Numbered from the stretch's first letter, positions 13,775-27,480 are shown. The stretch: 64,000 nt of DNA from Callorhinchus milii (GCF_018977255.1 NW_024704743.1:90770001-90834000); one strand, 5' to 3'. Made by a program: numbers and translations. Notes: generated from the sequence alone by a model not told the origin.

Positions 13775-14639
13775 CTCATCTACCAGAAACTGAGGACTAA
13801 TTTTCCTGAATGGAGTGAATCCGCCTAGCCGAATGGAGTTCAGAATCATTTTTGGAGTCCCCAGCCCACCCTCCACTGATTCTTGCTGCCTTTTTCTAGC
13901 TCACTTCTGTTGCTGCTCCAAATTCAATTGTAAATAGCAAAGAGCTAAAGGAATCAAGCAATCTAGGTCAATCTTTCTTCTTCTTAAAGCACCTAAAAGC
14001 AGCAGTTTGTACTAAATGGAGAATCAGTTTTCCTTTCTTTATCCCTGTGCAATTGGAGAATGTAGTTCTCCGGATTAACTGAAATAGCTTGGAGGGAAAC
14101 AAGATGAGAAATTAATGGAATTAGATATCTAAGGTCCATTGCAGTTTCCTTAAATAAAATCAACTTCTGAGGTTCAATGTGCAGTAATAAGAGCAAGGCA
14201 GCCACCAAAATACATTTACCAACAAAACTAAAATAAAAAAATTACAATTTTCACAAAGACCCTGTCTCTCAACGTGACAATTGTTGAATCAGTAGCTTTG
14301 TTCTAGAGAGGATAAGATCCCTCATATGTGAAATTTACAACCAATGTCTAAGCATTGGCAGCAATGCAGTATGTGTTTTATCCTTCAGCCAACCCATCAC
14401 GTCCCCTACCCTGCCAGACTCGTTTTCCTTCCACCCACTATATAAATTTATACAAACTACTGTATTATAGTCACTAAAATGCAAATTCTAGCAAATAAGT
14501 TAATTGTTTTCCCTCTCCAAATAATGAACAACACAGGCATAGCCATTTATTTCACTATGAGTTCGGGACTATGAACAAGAGGATGAATTAAAAACAAAAC
14601 TCCAGGGACTCCCTTTCTCTCTCTTCCCATCCCCTGCAG

Positions 14640-14830
14640 GGCTCAGTGAGTGAAGCTAATGAAGTGATTTTGAACCACACAGACCTCGAATACCAGGTTG
14701 ATCCCCGTCTGTGCTGAATTGGCAGATCTCAGCTCAACCAGCAGTTGGGATGCTATAATTGGCTTTCGTGCCTTGGTAATAGTCGAGAGTAAAATAAGCC
14801 AGCCTTCCTAGTCATTTCTATTCAGTGGCC
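14640..14830 (+). mobile_element. Old SINE-like relic, family unassigned
   Basis: ccaggttgatccccgtctgtgctgaattggcagatctcagc...ctataattggc; related sequence at ~11000-11090 and ~16600-16730. Confidence 0.45.
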
Positions 14831-15662
14831 TCCCCAATCCCATACCCTGCCACAATGTCAAAAAAACATGTGTTTTCCTCCAGATTAGCCTGTTATGTTC
14901 CCTCCTCATCCAAATTCACCCCATATTTAATTGGCTTCTCATCTATTGTTTGTCGGATGTTCATGGCATCAATCAGCTGCTGCATTCGTCTCCATAACAT
15001 TATCTTAATGAATCTCATTTTTGCTTCACGAGAATTCTTTTTGCACAAAAAGGCCTGATATAAATATAAGTCACTGTTGTGCGTATGTATGGTGTTTGGA
15101 TATTGGGTGAGAAAGGCGGATTGTCCAGGCGGACTCGATGAAAGAGCACTTGAATAAAGTAAAAGGGGCCAACGTCCAGAGAAGCTAGACCTCAACATGA
15201 GTTAGCACTTTCACTGATGAGAAAACTGGAGGGTCTACAGAGATGGAAGAAATGAATATTCCTCCAAAAGATTTCAAACCATTCCTTTAAGGTCCACCTT
15301 AAGAACTTCCTAATTGAATGCGCCCATGTTCATCTTTCCTTCCCTCTCCTTGGCCTAGACCAACAAGTTGTTGCTATTGACCCCAGATCAACAACAACAA
15401 ATTGCATTTATATAGCACCCTTCACGGCAGACGGTATCTCAGAGCGTCTATCGGGTGCAAACCCTGGACTGTCCAACACCTTGGTATGTCTTCCGGATGT
15501 GAGTGACACTACATAAATGTAAATTTGTTGTTGTTTGAATTTTAAAACAGTCCCAGTGCACATTGTCTGCAGTACAGCTTTTTAAGAACACATTGTCCAT
15601 TACCAAAATAGTGTTGTTAATTTATTTTGTAGCATAGTCAGTATTTGAATAGAAATCCTTAC

Positions 15663-15752
15663 CTCGGTGGTAGAAAGAACCGTGTCTTCATCAAGGCTAA
15701 GTATTGCATCTGTACTGATGGAATCATACGGCAGAAATCGGCTGCTCATAAC
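15663..15752 (-). CDS. EXT1: EXT1 coding exon 8 (90 nt)
   Basis: cag|GTT...GAG|gtaagg; translates [30 protein letters not shown] with the DED (DxD) motif. Confidence 0.97.
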
Positions 15753-16120
15753 CTGTACATTAAAGAAAAGTAGAATGGGTTTCACTTCTTCCAGGATGTG
15801 AAAAAGAACAAGTGTGATCTGATGAAAAGATCTGATAATTTACCAATACAAATGCACCACATGCATTTGACAACATCTCTGTTGAATCTAGGTTACTAAA
15901 ATGTTGAACATTTCTAACTCAATACACATTTGTCTCCTGCCACCACCCCACCCCAAAAGATTCATTACTAATTGTCCAAAATGAGGGCAAACACAAAATG
16001 CTATTTGATTTAATAGCAAAATAAGTGTTGATGGACGTTAGTGACTGGAAGAAATCAACAACAACTTGCATTTATATAGTGCCCTTCACGTGGGGCAGTT
16101 TAACGGTGGTGGAGCCTCAC

Positions 16121-16142
16121 ATGTGTGTGTGTGTGTGTGTGT
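16121..16142. repeat. (TG)n microsatellite
   Basis: About 10 TG units. Confidence 0.9.
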
Positions 16143-16818
16143 CAGGCTGCTAGCTGTTTATGTTTGCCCTTCTTCAGGCACATATCAGATGAAGAAGATC
16201 ATCACACTCAACAAACTACTGCTGATCCAATGATGATTGCCCCCTCCCTTTAAGAAGTGTGGATTGTTTCCCCCCCATTTAACACATGTCAATAAGATCC
16301 TGGTCAGTGAGTCAACAGGAAAGATTAGGAGAATACACACACACTATTAACACAGTTTATTTGGACACAGTAGCCTACCAAAAAGGGTGGTTGAAGCAGC
16401 ATCTGTAATCGTTTATCAAAGGGAATTCAGCAGAAAAAATAAGAAACGATAGGGGGAAATGGGAGGGGAGGGGGACACTAAACACTTAGCTCTTTCAGAA
16501 AACTGTCATAGGTACGATGTCTAAATTGCTTATTTTGATGTTTTAAAAAATTCTGTGATAGCCGACTGGTCATACAGATCAGTAGACTGTATGTTTGAAT
16601 CGCAGTCTGTGCTGACTTCAATGACATCTGTAGCAATTGGGAGTGATACAATGAACCTCAGAGTGAGAGGAGAGAAAGGAAAAACAAATCAGCCAATATT
16701 TCTATTCTTGATCCTTATCTAGTGATCCTTGGTGCACGCTCATGGACTTCGAGGGGCTACGATTGAGGTCATTTCATACTTGTCTGTGATGTACTGATGG
16801 AATCATACGGCAGAAATC

Positions 16819-17312
16819 TAAACCTCCCCCACATCCGCACCATGACCAGCACTACCTACCACCACCTCCGCAACATTGTCAGACTCCGCCACTGCCTCAC
16901 CCCTCAAGCTGCCGAATCCCTCACCCATGGATTCGCCACATCAATGCTCGATTATGGAAACTCCCTCCTCATCGGCCTTCCCAACTCTTCCCTTCCCAAG
17001 CTGCAGATCATCCAAAACTCTGCAGCTCATATACTCTCGCTCACCAGGCTCCGTGACCCCATCACTTCCACCCTCACCCAACCCCACTGGCTCCCCATCC
17101 CTCAAAAGATCGAATTCAAGATCCTCGTCCTCACTTTCAAGACCATCCATGGTCTTGCCCCCTCCTACCTCTCCTCTGCCTTCAGTCACCCTCCCACCTC
17201 TCTGCCTTCCCTCCCCCTCCCCCATGCTTGGGTCCTGTCCCCTGACTGTCCAGCGCTTTGGGACGTCCTCCCGACATGAAAGGCGCTCTATAAATGTCAT
17301 TTTGTTGTTATT
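16819..17312 (+). mobile_element. L2-clade LINE 3' fragment
   Basis: ORF 16797..17279 contains LDYGNSLLIGLP...LQIIQNSAA...HWLPIPQKIEFKIL, typical L2 ORF2 C-terminus, followed by the stem-loop tail. Confidence 0.85.
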
Positions 17313-17814
17313 TTTGATGCAGTCAAACAGCCTGATAGCACAGTATTAATAAATAATACAGTGTATCTCATGATAACACAGTGCTGGTGTCCTTATAGCG
17401 CTGGTGGGTTTGTAACACAAATGGGGTATGAACCCCATTCACTGCACATTTGCGCTTCTGGTGAGCCTTCTTCCTGTGTGCGGGCCGGCCCTCACATAAA
17501 ATACCACACTTCTAGGTTACTGGGTTGCTGCCAACATCACTTCCTGAACTGCAAGTGTTATATCTCATTATGAAGCCGGTTTGGATTTTACGAACCGCAT
17601 TTACCACTTTATAATGACATCCTCTATAAGACATCTAGACAAGGATTCCCAGCACGCGCAGAAGGAACAAAAAAAACACCCTTAGGCAAGGAGAGAATTT
17701 GAGAGAGAAAAATATTAAAATCAATTATGTTGTTACATTTGCATTTAAGTAGCGCCTGGGTGAGGGAGACAAAGATCAGTCAAGTTCCACCAGAAAGGGT
17801 GCACAAGTTTTAAT

Positions 17815-18230
17815 AATCCTTGCATTTAACACAGTGCCTTATCACTTCGTTGAGATGTCTCAAAGCACTTCACAGACTTTTACTGTTAAGTGTAGTGACT
17901 GTGAATGCAGCAGCCAATTTGAGCATGACAATGTCACAGAAGCAGCCATGAAGTTAATGACTAATTGTATTTGGGGGATTCTTGACCATGACCCTGGAAG
18001 AAACTCCCTTCTCTAACGGTGCCATGGGATCCTTAACATCAACTTGAACAGCAGACGGGACCTTGATTTAAAATCTGATTGTAAGGACCGTACCTCTAAC
18101 ACTGCAGCCACTCTCCGGTTTGTACTGGAGTGTCAGCTGAAACTTGTGAGTTCAAAATCCCAATGGGGAGCTTGACCTCCCAGCCTTCTGACTCAGAGGA
18201 AAGAGTGCGACCAACTGAACCAGGCAGATA
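17815..18230 (-). mobile_element. DeuSINE-like element, near full length and diverged
   Basis: tRNA-like head (ttctgactcagaggaaagagtgcgaccaactgaacc), Deu core gtgccatgggatccttaacatc, tail taataatccttgcattt. Confidence 0.7.
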
Positions 18231-19959
18231 CCTAAGCTTGAGGTACTGAGTAAGTTTCACAAATGCTTGGGCAGTGAATCTCTAACCTAACGTCAGGGCA
18301 GGAAACCACTCGAAAATGACAATTTGTGAATTTTCACTTGATTAAAAAGAGCTATGATTTTTTAAAATTGGCTTTTGTTATTTTAAAGCCTAGCCAGGAG
18401 GTAACTGATGGGCTAACTTGTAGATTATTCTGAACTTTGTCAGGTATCACTCAACAAGGATTCCTTTAATGAAGATAGCTATTATGGCAGGGTAACTTGA
18501 TACACGAGTGAGGAAAAAAGCAAACACAGTTAACATTAGCCAAGTGTTAGAGAAGCTAATGCATGAACAAAGAACAGAGCCTGATCCAAGAACCCTTTCC
18601 TGGCAGCACTGCTCACCCTGAAGGAAGGATCATGGTTTACACACTTTAGGACAGGTAGGAATTGTGCTTAACTGGCCATCTTCACTGGCAGAAAAACATA
18701 AAAAACTGCAGATATTAAAAATTGCACAATCTCAAATGTCTTTGTTTTTTTCTAAAATAGGTTATTCTAGTGTATAAACAGCTTTGGTAGCTTTCCATCA
18801 ATATAGGACAAGACTTGGCAATGGAAGGTTCTGCTTTCAAAATTCTTCAATTCGTTAAAGGCTGATAAAATGAGTAACAGGCCTTGAAAAATATAAGGCA
18901 TGTTCAGTGTCTCCTTTGGGCTGAAATGGCTCCCATATTGTGTGCAGTAGCCCAAGAGCATTATTGATGGTTGACCAACCAGTCAGGCTGAACAATGCGA
19001 CTCTGGGACTCTACCCTGTGTGAAGGGGTGCTATATAAATGAAAGTTGTTGTTGACTTTGAGATGTCCTCAACCCTGCGAGCAAAACCCAAACAGGCAAC
19101 GTTGTACAATAATTAAATACAATAGAGGGAGAAAAAAAATAGCAAAGTCTGCAGAATTAAATCATCTTAACGCAACATAGCAAAAAAAAAGCAGCCGATT
19201 TGAAACAAAGAAGGTAGGAAACCATTGGAGTCTTGTGCCCTTTCTGCATTCCAGAAATGATTCAAGAGTGATTCAGAGCAGGAAACTGGCTTTACATAAC
19301 TTGGTCTCACTCACTCTTATCAGAGACTGAATGTGGGGCAAAAACAGGCCATTTGGATGAACTAGTTCATGTCAGCCTTTATACTGACAAGGCTCTCGCA
19401 AACTCTCTCCTATTCTCCTCAATGTCCTAATGTTACTAAAATAATTTGAGTAGGGTTGGTTTAAGGCTCATTCAATGATCCACCCAGGAAATTTTAAATG
19501 TGACATTGGGGTAAAAAAAAATGCCACGTTCAATAATTACTGAGTGTGTATTGATTGTGTTATGAAACAATGCATTCTTCCATTAATTCCTAAAAACAAA
19601 TTGTGGTAGTAGGTTGGTCTGACAGTGGGGAAAAACAATTGATGCTGCCAAAATTCACTGAACATGAACCATCAATTTAATGTGAAAACTGCATGATTCA
19701 ACTCCAACTGTGCAACATAAACATCCACAAGGAAACAGGAGCTACAGGATGCTTACTGGAGCTGTGCAAGGTCACACCATGAATTAATAATAAGTAAAGG
19801 TTGTTTTAAGAGATTACTTGGATAATAAATATTTTCATGTAATGTTTAAAAAAAACTACACTCTAAATTTGAAAGCAAACAAGTCAATCCCTACTGGATT
19901 TGAGCTTGTGCATTGATCTTACTGATTGGAATAAGTAAACCACAAAGACAACCAAACCA

Positions 19960-20357
19960 GGCACTGTAGAGTAGTTATTAGCACACTCGCCTACCAAGCG
20001 AGTGGACCTGGTTTCGATTCCCAGGGGGAGGGTGGGGACGGGGAACACACGGGGGGGAAGGGGAGGAGGCAGAGGAGGGCAAATCTTAGTCAAGTTCCTT
20101 ACTCCACACGCTTCTGTTTACCTAGCAGAAAGTAGGAACCCCCTTGTTAGTCGATCGCCAGATCACTTTCCGGGTGTAATAATCCCTCAAAAAAAATTGG
20201 TCACTCAGTCCACGACTGTTTGTGGGACACTGCTGTGATCAATTGGCTGACACGTTTCGCACACAAAATACAGTCAATCAACTTTACAATATATTCTGTG
20301 AAGCTCTTTGAGACGTCTCAACATTGTGATATCAAATGCAAGGATTATTATTATATT
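19960..20357 (+). mobile_element. tRNA-head SINE, older longer subfamily, with G-rich insert
   Basis: Head gtagagtagttattagcacactcgc...ggtttcgattccc, cctagcagaaagtaggaaccc segment, shared body and tail. Confidence 0.75.
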
Positions 20358-22054
20358 AGAAGTAATCCATTTTAGAGGTGAGATTATTTTGGGAGGGTGG
20401 ATAGAAGGAAGAGAAGAGAGAAGGCTAAACGTTTTTCTTTAAGTACCCAGATTTTGAAAGTGGGAAAAATGGGAGATGTAAAGGAATGAAGAGGGAGGAA
20501 AGTGAGGTTAAATTAAGTTGATTGTGTTCCAGTTTACAGTTATGCACAATTTACAGTTATGCACTCTCCAAATAGATTACTTCACTTTTTCTTGAAATTG
20601 AGCTAAAAAGCATTCCTGCAGCGTTACAACAGTCTGCTTTTTTCCCAGCCGACTCAGTCAGAGTTTAGCAGGAGATCACAAAGCAAAATGCTAAAAGGGT
20701 GTTTTTTTCACATGACTGGAAGCTATCAAATATTCACAATTTAACAAAGTCACAAAAGACTAAAACAACTGATAGACTCCTCAGATAGGGATACACTTTT
20801 AACCAGGGCTATTCTGCTCAACAATTTTCCTAAGGCCTAAATCAGACACTAGTAACATAATCTGCCCTCGCAGCAGTAACCCAGTTCTGTAACTTGACAG
20901 CAACTTCTTATTCAGTTTCCCTACCCCTTTCTGTAATAAGAACAACTAAGCAAGAAAAGTGGCGCTCAGAATCCGACAGTTTACGCAAACTGCTAAAAAC
21001 TTTGACATTAAAATTCCTTCCCTAAAATAGATAGGGGGAGGGGTATACCAAGGTGAACTATTTGCACGTCCAGATTAAAGATTCCTTCTTCCTGCTGCAA
21101 GAGGAGGGCAGACCAGGAGCAGAAAGGCATGTGTCAGTGGGGAGAAAATAAGAAATATGTGGACACTATATGTAAAAAAAGAAGGAACACAGTGCTCAAA
21201 CTAGTTATGAACTGAGTTAGGACCCTGGTTAAACATTGAACAAATCCAGATAGTGGACCTCAATCAGCTCAGAATTGTTGACGCTTGAGATAGGTTTCTG
21301 AACTGTTCTTTCATCCATTTCCACCACTTCAAATTCTACTAGACTGCCAAAAATTTTTAAAAAAGTAGATACAATATTTGGAACTAGAACTACTTTTCAG
21401 AATAGCTCTAGTTACAAATATTGCCTGCATTAAGCTCGCCCCACACAGTCATCAAAGTAGAACGCCAAAACATTGGTCTATCTATTGTACTCAGAAAAGC
21501 CTGGGAAAAAGATTTCTTTAAGAATTGAAAATCACAGTAAAGAATTTAGTTACAGCTAGCAAATTGCTCAGGAAACCATCTATATAACTCAAGTATCACT
21601 GCAATTTGAATTACTGGGCCCCATGCCACTCTACAGTTTACTTTCTGTAATCCACTGATTCTCACTGTATATCCTCACCATATAAAAACTGACAGTCAGG
21701 GCCCTGAGGTTAACATACGAGTTAGACCAGACACAAAGCATTTAAAACATTTGGAAATCTATTACAGAAGATTCAAGTAGGCTTTATTCTCTTGGTTGCT
21801 TGGACAATATCCAGCACCACATGACAAGGAATATCATTCTTGTGTGTGATAGACCACAAAGTTGAAATCACCCCAATCCATTTGAATAGTTGCTTTTTGC
21901 AGAAGTTATCAAAAGTGCTGATGCTTTATTTGTGTTTTTTTATATAAATTATGGCAAGTAGGTCATAGTTTAATAGTTAGTCAGCAAATCCTTTGTGTAA
22001 TCTGTCCCCATCAATGCATAGGGCACTGTTTGTCTTGGAAAAATATAAACTTAC

Positions 22055-22150
22055 TTTGTTTTCTCCTTCAATAACCAGAACAGGCACAGCAGTGGACGGC
22101 CACCGGTGTTTGGCTGGAAGGGGTTTATCACAATCCCATAACACAATAAC
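22055..22150 (-). CDS. EXT1: EXT1 coding exon 7 (96 nt)
   Basis: cag|GTT...AAA|gtaagt; translates [32 protein letters not shown]. Confidence 0.97.
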
Positions 22151-22961
22151 CTGGAGATAAGGAAGCACAAGAGTCTTCACTGTCTATAGGCAGAGAGACA
22201 CACTATCCCAATAAAAGCCTCTCTGCTCCATAAACCAACATTCCCTTTTAAAAAAGATAATTGCTGCCCCCCCCCCCAACAATAAAGATTAAATATCCCA
22301 CACAAGGGTTTAGCATGTTTACATATTTCTTCCATTGTATTTCTAAAGCCTGCACTGGAATTCAAATCTTGCTATTGGATTCTCCCAAACACAGAATGAT
22401 AAACTAGCACCTGATGAGTGAGGACCCTGCTCGGGTCCTGACCCAACTGTTCAGCGCCTTGGGACGTCCTCCCGACGTGAAAGGTGCTCTATAAATGAAA
22501 TCTTGTTGTTGTTGAGGTTACCTCAGTATAATGAAAAGTAACAAACTCTGGTGTTGGGAGCAAACTTAAAAGACAGAAACTAGAAAACTTTATCTGTAGA
22601 CTTTCCTTTCTTTTTAAATAAGGAAGAACTAGTTTTGTGAGATCTTTTCCCCAACTCCCTTGAAGTCGCAGTTTTTTGCTGGAGTACAGCTCCTTTGTTT
22701 TTCCATTGATACCCAACTGTATGTCTACTGATACCTGACTTGTATGTCTGCTCTCCATTTATGAGTGTGGACACTGAAGCAATGTTAACAGCTCAGTGCA
22801 GACAATGGATCTAACTGGGACTTTCTTGATTAATGTGGTTCAATTGTACACAAGGCAGTGGAGTTTACTAACAGCCATGAGAGCAACAAGATCTGCGGTT
22901 TATGGGGCAGCACTGCAAATCAAACCCAAATTTTAAGAGTAAAGAAAATGGTTTTGCCTAC

Positions 22962-23080
22962 CTGTGCACAGTACTGGGACTTGGCTACCGCTACCAGTAG
23001 TTTCAATATTGGCTGTGACTGCGAAACCAGCGGAGTCACTGCGTGGATAACAGCAGTAAACCGGGACAAAGGTTTTATAC
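22962..23080 (-). CDS. EXT1: EXT1 coding exon 6 (119 nt)
   Basis: cag|GT ATA...CAG|gtaggc; translates (G)[39 protein letters not shown], start of the GT64 domain. Confidence 0.97.
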
Positions 23081-23766
23081 CTGAAACCAAGGCAGGAAAA
23101 ATTTAAAATTAACTTGATAGAGCAACCCAAGTATAGAATTTCTGCAGCTGACTTAAGCAGACTAAAACACACATTCATAAATGAAATGCCTTGATGAAGC
23201 AATTAGTGTTTAATAATAAAGTTTATTAAATGCTATAGATATAACACACTCACATCTAAAATCAAGCACAAATGCTGTAATTGTCTCAAATTTAAAAACT
23301 ATTTGTCGAAGTCTCATTTAAAAATGATAAAATTACAATTTTTCCCAAAATCATTTTACGTAGCAACACATTTGCTAAAACCCTAGAAAGATTCAATGAG
23401 TTATGACGTATTTCAAAAAAAACTCATCTTTTAAGTAATGCTGCATTCACAAAATTCTTCACCACTTACATCAGTAGCAGGGTCGGTCACTGAACTGTGG
23501 AATTTGACATCAATGCACATGCCTGCCCTTAACTGAAGCCATACATGGAAATATTGTAACTTTTAGATTCTAGATAATTTTGACTAACATGCTTTATGCA
23601 TGGTGCCACATTGATTGCAAATAAACCAACTACATCTTGTAGGACATGAAAGGATTTCAGTACGCTGGGTTCATCATCAAATAGTGTGTACACAAAATTC
23701 TCTAGACTTCTGTTGAAGACTCGAGGCAAATGCAACACCACATTCAACAGATTCGCAATTACTTAC

Positions 23767-23899
23767 CTAGATTAGCATAATAAAAAGGAAAGTCGCCCAA
23801 ATGTGTTGAATACTGCGGCTGACTGAACAATCCTCCTGGAGGTTTATTCCAGAATAAGCTATTGCGTGATATATGCTTAAAAACTCGATCTTGAATTAT
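23767..23899 (-). CDS. EXT1: EXT1 coding exon 5 (133 nt)
   Basis: cag|ATA ATT...CTA G|gtaagt; translates [44 protein letters not shown]. Confidence 0.97.
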
Positions 23900-24371
23900 C
23901 TGTGTTTTAAAAAAAATACATGCTCTGTTAACAATATGCCGCAGTATAATAAATCAAGTGACATTGAGCAAGCAAAACATAAATAGTGTAAGTTGTGAGT
24001 GTTTTTTTTAATATTTCTGCTGTGGCCTCCCATTTAATTCTCTTCCTTTATAACGTTGTTCAAAAAGTTGGTTCCAACAGCAGCATGAATGGTGCTGCAA
24101 ACTGCAGAAATATTTAAATTTTCCCCAGACATTTTCCTCAATAATTTGAGCATCTTATAACTTGTTCAGAGAAGTGATTTAAGAGAATGCCAAAAGCAAA
24201 ATAAACAAGATTCATTTCTGAATTATTAGTTAAAAGTAAGAGCCTCTTTGGAACAAAACATAACTTGTGGGTTTGAGTCCCATGGCTGAGGCTGAACTAA
24301 GGGCACTCGGTAGTGAATTGTTGAAGTTGCCATCTTTTAGATCAGATGATATGCTGAGGCCCCACCTCCCC

Positions 24372-25697
24372 AACAACAACTTGTTGGGGAGGTGGGGCCC
24401 CTCACGCAGGGTAAGAACCCAGAGCACTCGAAAGTGGCAGAGCACAACGCCGAGCCAGGGCTAGGTGACCGAAGGTATGGTTGAAGAGGAAGGAAGATCT
24501 TTAGTTGCGACCTGAAAATAGACCTGAGTTCAATTCCAGGCTGGGCGAAACCTTGGGCAAGTTTCCTTACTCCACACGCCTAATAATAATCCCTCCAAAA
24601 ACCAAAAACAATAAGAATTGGTCATTTACAATCTACGACTGTTTGTAGGACATTGCTGTGCGCAATTGGCTGCCGCGTTCGCCCACAAATATACAGTCAA
24701 TTCACTTTACAGTGTCTTCTGTGAAGCGCTTTGGGACGTCCTCCCGAACGTGAAAAGCGCTATATCAATTGCAAGGATTATTATTATTATTATAGGGAAG
24801 GAAGGGGCAAGATGGAGGGATAGAGGAAGAACGTTCCAGTTTCGGGGAGTAGTGGCTGAAAGCGCGGGCACCAATGGAACGGAGGGCACAAGAGACATGC
24901 AGGAGAATGAAGCCAGTCGAGCAGAGGCAATAGGCTGGGGTGTAAGCAGGTCAGAGAGGCAGGGAGGTGCCAGGACATGAAGAGATTTGAAAAGGAGTGT
25001 GAGGATCTGAAATTGATCCATTCGGTGATATGGAGCCAGTGAAGCCTGGCTAGAACTGTTGTGATGGGGGAACAGAGTTTAGAATGGATGAGTAAGTGGG
25101 CGGCAGAGTTTGGGATCAGCTGGATCTTGTGCATGATGGAGCTGGGGAGACCGACAAAGAGAGCATTTGAAAAGTCGAGTCGGAAAGTGACGAATGCGTA
25201 GATGAGTGTTTCGGCTACGACTAGGGTAAGGTACGGTCAGAAGCGGGCAATGTGGCAGAGGTGGAGGAAGGCTGTCTTGGTCAGGGACAGGATGTGGGGA
25301 AGGAAGGACAGCTATGGGTCGAACATGACGTCTCGGTTGCACACCGGTTTGGTGAGTTTGAGGGATAGGCTGGGGAGGTTAAGTGGGTGAGAGCCACTGG
25401 ACAGAAGACACTGATGGGACCAAAGGAGTATGGCTTCCGTATTGTTGACATTTAGTTGCAGAAAGTTTGCGCTCATCGAGCCTCTAGTGTCTTCCAGACA
25501 AGCCGACAGAACATTGGCAGACCTGGAGTCGCAGCTGATGGAGGAGAAGTAGATTTGTGTGTCATCTGCACACATGTGGAAATTTACTTCGGATAACATC
25601 GCCAAGGGAGCATGTAAATGAGGAAGTGAAGGTGGCCAAGGATGGAGCTCTGGGGTACACCACTGGTAACCGGGCAGGGGCAGGAAGAGAAACCGAT
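24372..25697 (-). mobile_element. L2-clade LINE fragment with RT remnants, interrupted by a young SINE
   Basis: Minus strand reads GVPQSSILG.. and FHMCADDTQIYFS, ANFLQLNVNNTE, LHWL; its 3' tail lies at 24372-24520. Confidence 0.85.
24521..24793 (+). mobile_element. Young SINE inserted in L2
   Basis: gacctgagttcaattccagg...gcaagg(att)n; L2 sequence resumes on both sides. Confidence 0.9.
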
Positions 25698-26579
25698 TGA
25701 TAATTATATTAATCCTTCGTTTGATATAACGCTTAGGAACTTGCCTAAGGTTTCGCCCTGCCCGGGTCCTCTGACTTATGAGGTGAGTATTCTAATCAAT
25801 AAGCTACAGGACTCCCCAAAGCAATTCAAGAGAAAAGGGATCTTTCTTGGCATTTAACTAATCATCCATGATACTGTGATAAGGCAAGTTCTTTCTTTCT
25901 CACAAGATAAAATATTTATATTCTGTAACATATCAAACTGGTAGCTCTCTACCAATTGCTTTAATAAAGTCTCAGAAACAGAAGATACATCATATTCCTC
26001 AAATACTTCCTAAACATCAGCACTTCCCCGACAATTCCCTTCCAATCTCTAAATGAGTTCTTATTCAAAGTATCTTTTCAAACACACTTCCAAATGTTGA
26101 TTTAGCAACAATGTCCCGCAATGTTAAAGGGAAAAGTGAATCATCACTTCACAATATCATTAGGTGTCAGCCTGGCTCAGCTGATAGCACTCTCGCCTCG
26201 GAGATGGAAAGTTGTTGGTCATGTCTAGGGACAATAGAAAACTGCAGAAATATTTGATTTAAAGTTGCGGGGAAGTTTGGCAAATTTGGCGGAGAATTGT
26301 GTGGGGAGGGGGTGATTGGTGCTACTGAGGTTTGTTTTACTGCTAACCTACATTTTTCACTTTATTGCTAAAAACTAAAGATGAAGAAATAACGCATATA
26401 AGACTGTTGCAAAAACTGTATGGCCCACTCAGGGGGTGGGTGCGTGTGGACAGAAACATCAGCTCAGGCCCGAAGGGCTGAATGGTCAATTTCCACCATA
26501 CATTACATCTCAAGGCCTGGAGATCCACACAATACCAGCATTGCTCACCAGTGATCAACCGTCTGACTCTTGGGGCCAC

Positions 26580-27480
26580 CACCGCACACACACATGGGAG
26601 ACACACACACACACACAAACACACTCAGACACAGAGACACACGCACACTAACAGAAAGACACATACACGCAGACACACACACTAATAGAAAGCGAGAGAC
26701 ATACAAATAAATGCACTCAGAGGCATAAAATCAGACACTGACTCACAGACAGAGAGAGACACACACTCACGGAGAAACATACACACTCATAGACACAGAG
26801 AAACACACACACTCATGGAACAACAACTTGCATTTATATAGCGCATTTCAGACAGGGTAGAGTCCCGGAGCGCTCGACAGCGGTGGAGTCTGATCTTGAG
26901 CGAGGGGGAGGGGGGATGACCATAAGCACGATCAAAAAGGTCTTTAGGCGGGATTTGAGAGTGGGGAGGGAGGGGGCAAGGCGGAGGGATCGAGGGAGAG
27001 AGTTCCAGAGTTTCAGTGTATAGTGGCTGAATGGCGGAGCGGAGGGGACAAGGAACGAGAGTAGGCAGCGGGTAGTGGAGTGGGAGGTACGCAAATCGGA
27101 TAGGTAGGGATGTGCAAGGGCATGAAGGGATTTTAAGACGAGTGAGAAGATCGTGAAATTGATCTTTTCAGTAATTGCGAGCAAATGGGAGCCTGGCAAG
27201 GACTGATATAATGGGGGTACGGAGTTTTACAGAGACACATACTCACAGACCCAGAGACACACACTCACAGACAGACACGCACATTAACAGAAAGAGACAC
27301 ACATACACAGACACGCACATTAATACCGAGAGACACACACACACTCAGAGAGACACAAACACACACAGACACAAACTCAGACACAGACATACACTCACAC
27401 AGACACACACTCACACACAGACACAAACAAACACACAAACACAGAGAGACACACACATACAGACACAGACAATCACAACA
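26580..27480. repeat. CA/GA-rich cryptic simple repeat, split by an L2 fragment
   Basis: acacacac/agacac-rich blocks at ~26580-26815 and ~27229-27480. Confidence 0.85.
26820..27225 (-). mobile_element. L2-clade LINE 3' fragment
   Basis: caacaacttgcatttatatagcgc tail; minus ORF includes KLWNSLPRSLRLAPSLPTLKSRLKTFL. Confidence 0.8.
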
